Part shown: in pieces, positions 14,809 to 23,644 of the stretch
Numbering within the stretch: the first letter of the stretch is position 1
How the letters are laid out: each line of letters starts with the position of its first letter
Source: Glaciihabitans sp. INWT7
GTDB taxonomy: Bacteria > Actinomycetota > Actinomycetes > Actinomycetales > Microbacteriaceae
DNA length: 24,000 nucleotides
Reading direction: 5' to 3'
Assembly: GCF_014217685.1 (NCBI RefSeq)
Contig: NZ_CP043653.1
Span: 476,419 to 500,418 of the forward strand
Position numbers and translations under genes: made by a program
The notes under the pieces: generated by a model
Seen by the model: only the letters and a program-made list of their open reading frames with translations
Told to the model about the DNA's origin: nothing
The model's database searches: none

Positions 14809-15035
14809 CCTTTCGTGAGAATCGAAATCCTCACAAATCAGGAGTCAATCAAACCGACAGCAGTCCCAGGATTCGCAATTTGTGTGTCAGTGGGCGCGTG
14901 GTGGAGATTTGCGTGGAGCCCCATCGGTACTCAATCGGTCCCGTAAATCCGATACTCAGCGAAATTGAAGATGTTGACGCCCTAGCTTGCAACGTATGAA
15001 ATTGTAGAAACCAGAAAATCGGCCTTAGATTCGCA

Positions 15036-15079
15036 CTCGTAATGAGAAGGTCGTCAGTTCGATTCTGACAGGCGGCTCC
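15036..15079 (+). repeat. att-type direct repeat copy 2 (tRNA-Thr(CGU) nt 32-75), junction with the core chromosome
   Basis: Perfect 44/44 match to 12442-12485; similarity stops abruptly on both sides. The upstream 5 nt (TCGCA) would pair 4/5 with TGAGA, but no D arm or acceptor 5' strand is present. Confidence 0.85.
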
Positions 15080-15153
15080 CCTCGGAGCTCGACTATTTCG
15101 CTGTTCCCTGTCACAAATCTTCGGCCGCCCGATCGCCATCGAGCGACTATCGG

Positions 15154-15726
15154 TCATCGATCTAGGAAGTTCACGACCCTGCTCAGCAGTAGTTCCGTCG
15201 ATGACTGGTCGTATTCCGGCAGTGACGAATCGGCGAACAGGTGTCCGGATCCGGGGTAGAGGAACAGCTCGCCGTCTTGTGCTTCGGCAACCAGCGCACG
15301 CGCGGCATCCTCGTCACCAGAGTCCGCGAATTCGGGATCGGATTGGGACCCGTGCACCTGTACGCGCACGCCCGAGGGCCATCCGTCGCCGAATTCCTCG
15401 GCCGGAAGGCAGGCACTGAAGAACAGTGCGCCCCTCGCTCCGACCCGGGTCTGCGCGAGCTGCTGGGCCGGAATGACGCCAAGCGAGAATCCCGCGTAGA
15501 CGAGATCGGGATCGAGAGCTGTTGCCGCGGCGATTCCCCGCTCGGCGATGTGATCGAATCCCATCTCCTTCGCGTGCGCGATCCCCTCGTCGAGCGTCGC
15601 GAAGGTGAGGCCGTCGTACAGGTCGGGGAGGTGCACTGTGTGTCCCGCATCCCGAAGCAGCTCCGCGAAATCGACCATCCCAGCAGTCAGGCCCTGCGCG
15701 TGATGAAACAGGATGATCTGACTCAT
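15154..15726 (-). CDS. dienelactone hydrolase-family alpha/beta hydrolase
   Basis: 190 aa: ILFHHAQGLTAGMVDFAELLRDAGHTVHLPDLYDG.., nucleophile-elbow-like GFSLG, and C-terminal GSGHLF. Confidence 0.75.
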   Translation of the reverse strand: MSQIILFHHAQGLTAGMVDFAELLRDAGHTVHLPDLYDGLTFATLDEGIAHAKEMGFDHIAERGIAAATALDPDLVYAGFSLGVIPAQQLAQTRVGARGALFFSACLPAEEFGDGWPSGVRVQVHGSQSDPEFADSGDEDAARALVAEAQDGELFLYPGSGHLFADSSLPEYDQSSTELLLSRVVNFLDR

Positions 15727-15782
15727 GGATCTCCAATGATCGAAGTTTGTCGGACAATCGACAATGTTGGCCTCTTCTCGCG

Positions 15783-16388
15783 ATGGCCACCAGCCCCGAA
15801 GTTCGAGACTTCGAGCTCGACGACGAGCTCGAACTGTCGACGGTCGCGCAGGTCAAGGCAGTGGGTGATCCACTTCGCACGATGATCCTTGGTCTGCTTC
15901 ACGAGCGGGCGGCGACCGTGTCGGAGCTCGCCATCGCGGTCGGTCGGCCGAAGGGCACGGTGGCGCACCACGTGAAGGTGCTGACGGATGCGGGACTGCT
16001 GCGCGTCGTGCGCACCCGAAGTGTGCGGGCGATCGACGAGCGTTTCTCCGGTCGAAGTGCACGCATGTTCTCCGTGGGGCTCGGCCGACGCGCGACCGAT
16101 GGGTCCGCGCTCCCTGTCGACTTCAACGACTTCGAGGTCGCTGCCGTCGAGTCTGCTGCCTCATTCGAAGCCGGCCGGCTGCGTGCCTTCATCAGGCACG
16201 CCCGCATTCCCAGTGATCAGGCATCGATGTGCCGGGAGCGGATGCTCGACGCCGTTCGCGAGTTCGAGCGGCTTCCGCGATCGGGCGACAGGCTCTACGG
16301 CATCACCGTCGGCCTCTACCCTATGCTCGGTCACCCCGTGATTCCCGCCCCGGAAGAGGGTGGCGGGGAGGTCCCGGCATCGCCGTGA
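15783..16388 (+). CDS. ArsR-family winged-helix transcriptional regulator
   Basis: LGDPLRTMILGLLHERAATVSELAIAVGRPKGTVAHHVKVLTDAGLLRV. The track start at 15747 is a TTG; the ATG at 15783 (MATSPEV..) is preferred. Divergent from the hydrolase gene. Confidence 0.8.
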   Translation: MATSPEVRDFELDDELELSTVAQVKAVGDPLRTMILGLLHERAATVSELAIAVGRPKGTVAHHVKVLTDAGLLRVVRTRSVRAIDERFSGRSARMFSVGLGRRATDGSALPVDFNDFEVAAVESAASFEAGRLRAFIRHARIPSDQASMCRERMLDAVREFERLPRSGDRLYGITVGLYPMLGHPVIPAPEEGGGEVPASP

Positions 16389-16676
16389 TCCGCTCGAACG
16401 ACATCGTTCGCGATTCTTCACAGCTCGCTGCGATTGCCGGAACCGTTGAGGCTGGCAGTGCAGACAATGCCCCAGAGAGAATCGCGGCAGGGCCGGTCGG
16501 AGCAAGCGCGCACTGTAGCCAGCGCGGCGTTGTTAGTCGATGATTGCCGTGTGCTGCCGGAAACAAGCAGGAGCCTCTTGATCCAACCGAGCCTGGGGCT
16601 CGCGTCGCTGACTCTGGAACGGCCCTTTCGACAGCCAGAGATGACGGTGAAAGACGACACAAGGAGCGCGATCCGA

Positions 16677-17084
16677 ATGAACTCGAATCAAGAAGAATCG
16701 AACGGCGAGACTCGCCTGGCCTACATCCTGGGCGTGCCTCTAGCCGAGGACGTTGTGCGGCAGTGGCCCCAGATGGGCGAGATCGTGCGAACACGCCGGC
16801 TGATCGGCAGCGTCGAGGGCAACTTCCCCGAATTGACCCTCGAAGTCGGCCGACGCCTCCACCTGACGGATGTGGTGGTGGTCGAGTGGACGTGCAATTA
16901 CGGCGACGGTCGTCTCTATCGCAACGTGACCATCGGGGAACTCGAGGGAGGGAAGGCGGTGCGGGTCACCGACTACTGGGGTGAACCCACCGATACCCCG
17001 CAGTGGCGCGAGTCGGTGACCGACCGGCTCGACATGCCTGGCGACGGGATCTGGAAGGACGACGAACACCTCAATCATCACTAG
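16677..17084 (+). CDS. NTF2/SnoaL-like small protein
   Basis: The track ORF starts at 16434, but AAGGAG at 16661-16666 precedes the ATG at 16677 by 10 nt. The 135-aa product (..VVVEWTCNYGDGRLYRNVTIGELEGGKAVRVTDYWGEP) looks like a SnoaL/ketosteroid-isomerase fold. Confidence 0.55.
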   Translation: MNSNQEESNGETRLAYILGVPLAEDVVRQWPQMGEIVRTRRLIGSVEGNFPELTLEVGRRLHLTDVVVVEWTCNYGDGRLYRNVTIGELEGGKAVRVTDYWGEPTDTPQWRESVTDRLDMPGDGIWKDDEHLNHH

Positions 17085-17213
17085 TCCTCCCCAGCGGGAC
17101 CCGCGGGGGCGCACGGTACGATGGTCACTGGTGTGCCGGGAAGTCTGGTCGGTGGGCGGTCGCGTGATCGCTCTTCCGCCTCACTGAACCCACTTCCGTG
17201 GGGAGGGAGCACC

Positions 17214-18392
17214 ATGAGCATCATCCGTTCCGAGCGCGTCGCTGCCGTTCTCCTGCTTGTCGCTGCGGCGCTTGGCCTTCTGCTCGCCAACACCCCCGCC
17301 GGCCCATCGCTGATGGCGCTGCAAGATCTGCACCTGGCCATCCCGGGTACACCGCTCGACCTGTCGGTGGGGCACTGGATCAGTGATGGGCTTCTCGCCG
17401 TCTTCTTCTTCGTGGTCGCCGTCGAGTTGAAGAACGAACTGATGGTTGGCCAGCTCAATTCGGTCTCGAGGGCCGTCCGTCCCGCGATCGCGGCGCTCGG
17501 CGGTGTCGTCGTGCCGGCCGCGATCTACCTCGCGTTCACGGCGGGCAGCAAGTACCAGGGCGGATGGCCGATCCCGACCGCCACGGACATCGCCTTCGCG
17601 CTCGGCGTGCTCGCGGTCTTCGGCCGGGGAATTCCGTCCCGGCTGCGCATCTTCATCCTCGCCCTCGCGATCCTGGACGACATCGTCGCGATCCTGATCA
17701 TCGCGGTGTTCTTCACCTCCGACCCCGATCTCGTGCTCATCGGCATCGCGGCGGTCGGCGTCGTACTCTTCGGTGTGCTCAGCCGCTTTCTCGGTTCACG
17801 ATGGCGGATACTCGTGATCGCGGGCATGATCGCGGTCGCGCTGGTCACCTGGTCGCTTGTCTACCTTTCGGGTATCCACGCGACGATCGCCGGAGTGGCG
17901 CTGGGCCTGGCGATGGCCCGCAAGCCCGGGATGCACGTGCGGCATGCTCTCGAACCGGTGAGCAATGGTGTGGTGCTCCCTCTGTTCGCGTTCTCCGCGG
18001 CCCTCGTCGCCATTCCCCAGGTGGCGATTTCGCAGCTTCCCGCTCCCTTCTGGGGCATCCTCGTCGCCCTGCCCGTCGGCAAGATCGTCGGTATCAGTCT
18101 CGGTGGATGGCTGTCGTCGCTCATCGGCGCGCGCGGGTCGCGACCGCAGCTGACCTTCCAGGGGCTCGTGACGGCCGGAGCTCTCGGCGGGGTCGGCTTC
18201 ACGGTCTCGCTCTTGATGAATGAACTGGCTTTCGCCCGCAATCCGGAGGTCGCCGATGCGGGGACCCTCGCGGTGCTGCTCGGATCCATGGTCTCCATCG
18301 TCATCGCGGCGATTCTCGTCTCGCGACTGGCGGCGTACTACCGTCGGCTGCGCGAGCTGAGGCAATACGCGATCGAGAAGCGCGAGAGTTGA
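17214..18392 (+). CDS. nhaA: Na+/H+ antiporter NhaA
   Basis: Polytopic membrane protein with WISDGLLAVFFFVVAVELKNE, PTATDIAFALGVLAVFG and LAILDDIVAILIIAVFF. The ATG at 17214 follows GGGAGG; the track start at 17121 is less likely. Confidence 0.9.
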   Translation: MSIIRSERVAAVLLLVAAALGLLLANTPAGPSLMALQDLHLAIPGTPLDLSVGHWISDGLLAVFFFVVAVELKNELMVGQLNSVSRAVRPAIAALGGVVVPAAIYLAFTAGSKYQGGWPIPTATDIAFALGVLAVFGRGIPSRLRIFILALAILDDIVAILIIAVFFTSDPDLVLIGIAAVGVVLFGVLSRFLGSRWRILVIAGMIAVALVTWSLVYLSGIHATIAGVALGLAMARKPGMHVRHALEPVSNGVVLPLFAFSAALVAIPQVAISQLPAPFWGILVALPVGKIVGISLGGWLSSLIGARGSRPQLTFQGLVTAGALGGVGFTVSLLMNELAFARNPEVADAGTLAVLLGSMVSIVIAAILVSRLAAYYRRLRELRQYAIEKRES

Positions 18393-18458
18393 GTGGGCAG
18401 CGGGGTCCCGCTCCGCGATGGGCAGAGGTCGCCAGCGGAGCAGTCGACTAGCGGCGGC

Positions 18459-18959
18459 TTAGAGGCCGAGGATCAGGAGCTCTTCCACAGCGGGTTCGCT
18501 CGCGGCATCCGCGAAGATCTCGAGGGCCGAGACCACCGACTGCTGGTCTTCCGCAGACATGGTCGCGATGATGTCGGAAACCGCATGTCGACGCCGCGCG
18601 GTGACTTCGTCCACGAGGGCCCGCCCTGATTCGGTCGCCCGGATCAACACTTCGCGACGGCTGTCGGGACTCGGTCCCCGTTCGACCCAACCGCCGGCGA
18701 CCATGCGGTCGATCGATCGGCTGAAGGTCGACGAATTCGCCCCCATTCGCTCGGCGAGACTGCCCATCCGAAGCGGACCGGAACTGGTCAGCACCACGAG
18801 CACCCGAAATTGGGGGAGAGTGACGAACTCGAGAGCCGGTGACACCGACCGGGCGACGACGCCCAAGAGTGCCCGCGACGAGGTGAGGATCGCTTCTGTG
18901 GTCTGGGCTCGGAGACGGGGAGTTTGGTTCACAGTTTTCCTGTCCTGCGGGTATGGCAC
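18459..18959 (-). CDS. MarR-family transcriptional regulator
   Basis: 166 aa: TLPQFRVLVVLTSSGPLRMGSLAERMGANSSTFSRSIDRMVAGGWVERGPSPDSRREVLIRATESG, a winged HTH of MarR type. Confidence 0.85.
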   Translation of the reverse strand: MPYPQDRKTVNQTPRLRAQTTEAILTSSRALLGVVARSVSPALEFVTLPQFRVLVVLTSSGPLRMGSLAERMGANSSTFSRSIDRMVAGGWVERGPSPDSRREVLIRATESGRALVDEVTARRRHAVSDIIATMSAEDQQSVVSALEIFADAASEPAVEELLILGL

Positions 18960-19010
18960 TTCGCGGAATGCATACGGGCAACTATTGCAAGATTACACCG
19001 GGAGGGTGGT

Positions 19011-21566
19011 TCAGGGGCAGGCGGTGGCCGGTGGGCCGGTGCCCGACTGGGGATCGCCGCTCAGGACGGTGAGGGTCACGGCCGAATCCACGCTGGTCGC
19101 CGCCCCGGGTCGCGGGGAGCTCGCGTCTATCTGGCAGTGGCCACTCGCGCTGGCCTTCCAGGCGAATTCGATCTGTCCGCGGGAGAACCCGCGATGAACC
19201 AGGTCGTCGACCGCGGCCGACCGTTGCTTGCCCACCTCGTCCGGCATGGTGATGGCCAGGGAGCCGTCGCTGGTGTACAGGGTCACCGCGCTGCCCTTGC
19301 TGACGACAGAGCCGGCCGCGGGAGCGGATCGGGCGACCTGGCCGGCGGGGAGGCCGGACACGACGGTTCCTCCGTCGACGAATCTCAGGCCTCTGCTGGA
19401 CAACGTGGCTGCGGCGACGCTCAGGGTGTTCCCCGTGCTGGCGGGCACCGGAACCCCCTGGCCAACGAGGAGCCCCGGGTCGGGAGCGGGGAAGTCGCCA
19501 CCGCGATACTCGGGGTTGGCATTGAGCGACGCGATCGTGGTCCGGAAGATGTTGAATTTCGTGTTGTAGCCGTTAGTACCCGCCACGGTGACGCGCCTCA
19601 GGTCCTGATGTCCCGAGATGTTTCCCACCCACACCGCAAGGGCGACCTTCGTCGTCGTACCGATCAGCCAGTTCTGGTCTGCCGTGTCGGTGGTGCCCGT
19701 CTTCCCGACCAGTGGAACACCGTCGCGGGGGTTGCCGCTGGTTCCGGTGCCTCCAGTCATCACGGTGCTGAGGGCATAGGCGACGGTGTTCGCGACCTTG
19801 GGCGACATCGCCTCGCTGCAGGCATGGCCCTGGCCCACGAGTGTCTTGCCGGCGGGGTCGATGATCGTGTCGACGATCACCGGCGTGCAGAAGGTTCCGC
19901 CCGCGCCGATCGTGGCGACCGCCCCAGCCATCGTGAGCGGAGCTATCTCGTTGACGCCGAGCACCGAGGAGGGCTTCACCACCAACGGATTGCCGTCGGC
20001 GCGATGCACGCCCATTGCCGTCGCATCATCCCGGATGTCACAGAGGTCGAGTTGCTGGGCCATCGTCATGAAGGCCACGTTCACCGAGTCCTCCGTTGCC
20101 CGCAGCACCGACATGTACCCGCCCTCGTAACGCGAGGAGTTCTGCGGGCGGTAGGTGCCAACGAACGGCTTCGAGCACGAGGCTGAGAATGAGCTCTGCT
20201 GGAAGGTGCGCACGCTCCCGTTCACGTATTCCCTCAGTCCGTGGCCGTTCTGCAGCCAGTCGGTGAGGGTGAAGATCTTGTAGGTCGAACCGGTGGGGAA
20301 TCCGGATGACCCCCCGTAGGCCCTGTCGGTGTTGAAGTTCACCGCGGTCGTCGAGGACCCCCCTCCCTGGGCGGAGTTGTCGAAGGCCTTGTTCTGCGAC
20401 ATCACCAGGATGCGTCCGGTACCCGGTTGCACGGACACTGCCGACGCCCCGAGCGCGAATCGGGTGGTGGAGGCCGGAGCCTTCTGCCGGAGTGCCGCCG
20501 TCGCGACGTCCTGCTGATCGAGGTCGACGCTGGTGTAGATCTGGTAGCCGCCGCGGGCCCAGTTCGCCTCCCGTTCGGTGGCATCGGCGCCGAGCGCGGT
20601 GAGCGTCGGCACCAACCGCGTGACGTAATCGCACGCGAATTTCGCATCGTTGGCGTAGAGGCAGCCACTGTGCTGCGAGCTCAGGTGCACCTCGTCGGCG
20701 ATCGGGGTCGCGAGGGCGGCGTGGTATGCGGCCTCGTCGACGTACCCCTGCGTGAGCATGTCCGCGAGAATCTGATCGCGACGGACTTTGTTTGCGGCGT
20801 ACATCGAGGGATCGCCGAGGTTCTGCAGGGATGGCTGCTGCACGATGGCGATGAGGCTGGCGGCCTGTGCGAGTGTCACGTCTTTGGCGCTCGTGCTGAA
20901 ATACTTTTGCGCCGCAGCCTCGACGCCGTAGGTATTGCCGCCGAACCCGACGATGTTGAGATAGCCGAGCAGGATGTCCTGCTTCGAGTACGCCTTGTCG
21001 AGTCCCACGGCCAGTTTGATCTCGCGCAGCTTGCGGGAGAGCGTGTCGGTGATCGCGGCCTTGTAGGCCTCTGCTCGAGCCGCCGGATCCTCGATCTTCA
21101 CGGCGCGCTGCACGAGGATGTTCTTCACCAGTTGCATATCGATGGTCGAGCTGCCGCTGGTGATCGCATTGTCGGCGACGTTGCCGGCGGCGGCCCGGAC
21201 GATCGACTTGAGGTCAACCCCGCCGTGCTGGTAGAAGCGCTGGTCCTCGCCCGCGACCAGGGCGTCCTTCACGAGCTTCGACACACTGTCCCAGGCGACG
21301 ATCTGGCGATCCTGGTCGAAGACCGTGGCGATCATGACCGGCTTCCCGGCCCGGTTTGCGAAGATCTCGTTCTGTTGGGAGAGGCGGCCGATGGTGATGT
21401 AGTCCGGCAGATTCTCGAACACGGAGATCGCCGCGGCCGAGGCTCGGCTCGGAACCAGCACCGCCGGAAGGGCGAGAGCGGCTACGAGCACGCCGGCGAG
21501 AACGCTGAATCCGACCATCCCGAGCCAGCCGAGAACGGCACTCCGGGCGGACTGCGCCCCGGTCAT
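19011..21566 (-). CDS. ponA: class A penicillin-binding protein (glycosyltransferase + transpeptidase, PASTA-like C-terminus)
   Basis: GT51 motifs GEDQRFYQHGGVD and RKLRE; transpeptidase motifs GSTYK (SxxK) and KTGTT. There is an N-terminal TM anchor. The track ORF extends to 21656, but that extension runs through an AT-rich promoter-like stretch, so I prefer the ATG at 21566 (MTGAQSARS..). Confidence 0.9.
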   Translation of the reverse strand: MTGAQSARSAVLGWLGMVGFSVLAGVLVAALALPAVLVPSRASAAAISVFENLPDYITIGRLSQQNEIFANRAGKPVMIATVFDQDRQIVAWDSVSKLVKDALVAGEDQRFYQHGGVDLKSIVRAAAGNVADNAITSGSSTIDMQLVKNILVQRAVKIEDPAARAEAYKAAITDTLSRKLREIKLAVGLDKAYSKQDILLGYLNIVGFGGNTYGVEAAAQKYFSTSAKDVTLAQAASLIAIVQQPSLQNLGDPSMYAANKVRRDQILADMLTQGYVDEAAYHAALATPIADEVHLSSQHSGCLYANDAKFACDYVTRLVPTLTALGADATEREANWARGGYQIYTSVDLDQQDVATAALRQKAPASTTRFALGASAVSVQPGTGRILVMSQNKAFDNSAQGGGSSTTAVNFNTDRAYGGSSGFPTGSTYKIFTLTDWLQNGHGLREYVNGSVRTFQQSSFSASCSKPFVGTYRPQNSSRYEGGYMSVLRATEDSVNVAFMTMAQQLDLCDIRDDATAMGVHRADGNPLVVKPSSVLGVNEIAPLTMAGAVATIGAGGTFCTPVIVDTIIDPAGKTLVGQGHACSEAMSPKVANTVAYALSTVMTGGTGTSGNPRDGVPLVGKTGTTDTADQNWLIGTTTKVALAVWVGNISGHQDLRRVTVAGTNGYNTKFNIFRTTIASLNANPEYRGGDFPAPDPGLLVGQGVPVPASTGNTLSVAAATLSSRGLRFVDGGTVVSGLPAGQVARSAPAAGSVVSKGSAVTLYTSDGSLAITMPDEVGKQRSAAVDDLVHRGFSRGQIEFAWKASASGHCQIDASSPRPGAATSVDSAVTLTVLSGDPQSGTGPPATACP

Positions 21567-21692
21567 CCGGCCTGCCCGACCTGTCTGGACAGGGGGAGAA
21601 TCATCACAGGATTCACGGGCAGCCTTCCGGATGGTCCAATATCTGCATATGTACAACAGTTGCTATGTTACATAAATAACCGATGGCCCCGC

Positions 21693-21737
21693 TCCCTCTC
21701 GCGTCCGGAGAACAAGGCCGTCCGGACGCGAGAGGGA
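21693..21737 (-). terminator. strong stem-loop terminator downstream of the betaine-transporter operon
   Basis: 17-bp perfect stem (21693-21709 pairs with 21721-21737; TCCCTCTCGCGTCCGGA / TCCGGACGCGAGAGGGA) with an 11-nt loop, starting 17 nt after the stop at 21754. It is followed on the minus strand by TTATTTATG. Confidence 0.7.
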
Positions 21738-21753
21738 AGTCGGGGGAAACGAG

Positions 21754-22656
21754 TTACTTCGTGAGACCGTCTACGTAGTCCTGGTTCTTGGCGATCCACT
21801 TCTCGACGATCGGCGTGTAGTCGTCGACGGACCCGTCGACGTTGTACATGTCGTTCTCGAGCGAGAACAGCAGTTTGGACGGGAGCTTGAAGTCCTTGAT
21901 CCAGCCGGCGAGCTTCGGGTAGTCAGCGGTGAACGAGGTGCTGCCGAGGGAATGGATGGACTCCGCGGTGCCCAGGGTGCCCTTCGGGTCCTTGAGGTCC
22001 TTGATCGGGAAGGCGTCGTACGCCCACTGCGGACGCCACAGAGTGACGGCGATGTTCTCGTCCTTGCTCGTCGCGGACTTGAGCTCGGAGAGCATCGCGG
22101 GAGTGGAGGAGGTGATGAACTTCATCTTCTCGAGCCCGTAGCCCGGGATGACCTTGTCGGTCATCGCGGCGGTGAGGCCGGCGCCCGGCTCGATTCCGAC
22201 GATCCGGTTGTCGAACTTGCCGGCGTTCGCAGCGAGCTGGTCGAGGGAGTCGATCGGCGCATCTTTATTCACCGCGACGGTGAGCTTCGCGTCGGAATTC
22301 CAGGCACCGAGGTCGGTGATCTTGTCGCCGTACTTCTTCATGTAGGCCGCGTGAGTGGTCGGCAGCCAGCCGTCCAGCGCGAGGTCGTAGGCACCCGTGC
22401 TCACTCCGGCGAATACCGGTCCGGCGTCGGCGTTCTTGAGTTCGACCGAGTAGCCCTTCTTCTCCAGGATGGTCTTCCAGAGGTATGACGCGGCTTCGCC
22501 CTCTGGCCAGCCGTTGAAGACGCCGATGCTGAGGTCGGCCTTGTCGCCGTTGGATGGGCCGGACGAGGATCCGCTGTCGGCGCTGGAGGCGCAGGCGGTG
22601 ACGCCGACCAGAGTGACGGCGGCGACGGCGATTGCCGCAAAGAGACGCTTCTTCAT
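21754..22656 (-). CDS. opuAC: glycine betaine/osmoprotectant ABC transporter substrate-binding lipoprotein
   Basis: 300 aa with lipoprotein signal MKKRLFAAIAVAAVTLVGVTAC and a Ser/Gly-rich linker. OpuAC/ProX-like body, in an operon with the permease and the CBS-domain ATPase. Confidence 0.85.
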   Translation of the reverse strand: MKKRLFAAIAVAAVTLVGVTACASSADSGSSSGPSNGDKADLSIGVFNGWPEGEAASYLWKTILEKKGYSVELKNADAGPVFAGVSTGAYDLALDGWLPTTHAAYMKKYGDKITDLGAWNSDAKLTVAVNKDAPIDSLDQLAANAGKFDNRIVGIEPGAGLTAAMTDKVIPGYGLEKMKFITSSTPAMLSELKSATSKDENIAVTLWRPQWAYDAFPIKDLKDPKGTLGTAESIHSLGSTSFTADYPKLAGWIKDFKLPSKLLFSLENDMYNVDGSVDDYTPIVEKWIAKNQDYVDGLTK

Positions 22657-22699
22657 AGATATTCCTTTTCTTCCCGAAGCTGTGGATCGGGAGATGGGG

Positions 22700-23644
22700 T
22701 TATGCCGCGCTCGGAACGGCCGGGGTGGCCTCTGGCGAGCGTGGCGTGTGTTCGATCGACTCGTCGACGATCGAATTCTTGGGAGCCCGGTTCGGGAAGA
22801 ACAGGCGCCGCAGACCCGGCCGCGACCCGCCGAGGGAGGCGGTCAAGCGGTCGAGGATGATGGCGAGGATCACCACGGACAGTCCGGCTTCCGCACCGAG
22901 GCCCACGTCGATGCGGCTGAGAGCCTGGATGATGTCCTTGCCGAGCCCATCCGCCCCGACCATGCTCGCGATGACGACCATGGAGAGGGAGAGCATGATG
23001 ACCTGATTGATACCGGCCATGATCGTGGGCCGAGCCAGAGGCAGCTGGATCTGGAGCAGGATGCGACCGGGCGAAGAACCGAAAGCGTGACCGGCTTCGA
23101 TCACTTCCTTGTCGACTCCACGGATGCCGAGCTCGGTGAACCGCACCCCCGGGGCCATGGCGAAAGCGATGGACGCGACGATCCCGGGCACCGCCCCGAT
23201 TCCGAACAGGATGATGGCGGGAATGAGGTAGACGAATACGGGCATGGTCTGCAAGAAGTCGAGGATCGGCTTGAGCACCGCTGAGACGGTATCGGATCGA
23301 GCCGCCCAGATGCCGATCGGAACGCTGATGACCACGGCGACGAAGGCCGCCACGAGGGTGAGCGCCAGGGTGTCCATCGCGTTTCCCCACTGGTTCAGCC
23401 CGGCGATCAGGCCGAGCCCGACTGCCACGGCGATGCCGAAGCGCCAGCCTTTGGCGAAAACAGAGATGCCGACGATGACGAGCAGGATCACCCAGAATGG
23501 CGGGGCGGACAGGGCGAAGTCGACGGCGTCATAGAGGCCGCCGAAGACCGTCGAGATGACGTCGAAGAACCCGCCGAGATGCAGGGTGATGAAGTCGACG
23601 ATGGTGGTGACCCAATCGCCGACGGGGATACGGAAGCCGTTCAC
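22700..23644 (-). CDS. opuAB: glycine betaine ABC transporter permease
   Basis: 314 aa polytopic protein with the ABC permease EAA-like region (EAGHAFGSSPGRILLQIQLPLARPTIMAGINQ). Its start overlaps the ATPase stop by 4 nt. Confidence 0.9.
   Translation of the reverse strand: MNGFRIPVGDWVTTIVDFITLHLGGFFDVISTVFGGLYDAVDFALSAPPFWVILLVIVGISVFAKGWRFGIAVAVGLGLIAGLNQWGNAMDTLALTLVAAFVAVVISVPIGIWAARSDTVSAVLKPILDFLQTMPVFVYLIPAIILFGIGAVPGIVASIAFAMAPGVRFTELGIRGVDKEVIEAGHAFGSSPGRILLQIQLPLARPTIMAGINQVIMLSLSMVVIASMVGADGLGKDIIQALSRIDVGLGAEAGLSVVILAIILDRLTASLGGSRPGLRRLFFPNRAPKNSIVDESIEHTPRSPEATPAVPSAA

Larger units (their letters stand above)
13604..14868 (-). mobile_element. IS3-family insertion sequence (1265 bp)
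   Basis: Terminal inverted repeats are TGGGACTGCTGACGATTTAGTTGACTC (13604->) and the reverse complement of 14868<- TGGGACTGCTGTCGGTTTGATTGACTC, with TG..CA ends. It has orfA and orfB in the -1 frame relation and a CCCAAAA slippery heptamer (reverse complement of 14518-14524). Boundaries are uncertain by about 10 bp because TTGCGAAT/ATTCGCAA flanks both ends. Confidence 0.9.

Noticed and set aside
21567-21656. 30-codon N-terminal extension of the PBP ORF (MYICRYWTIRKAARESCDD..)
   Set aside because: It runs through an AT-rich, promoter-like stretch with imperfect inverted repeats (TGTACAACAGTTGCTATGTTACA) and has atypical composition. The ATG at 21566, directly before the TM anchor, is more plausible.
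15183-23390. Many long alternative-frame or antisense ORFs in the core region (e.g. 15241-15885, 17564-18223, 17796-18365, 18924-20186, 20427-21764, 21952-22488, 22469-23284, 22653-23390)
   Set aside because: These are typical high-GC shadow ORFs: Arg/Pro/Gly/Ala-rich and without motifs. Each fully overlaps a gene with clear family signatures (hydrolase, NhaA, PBP, OpuA components).
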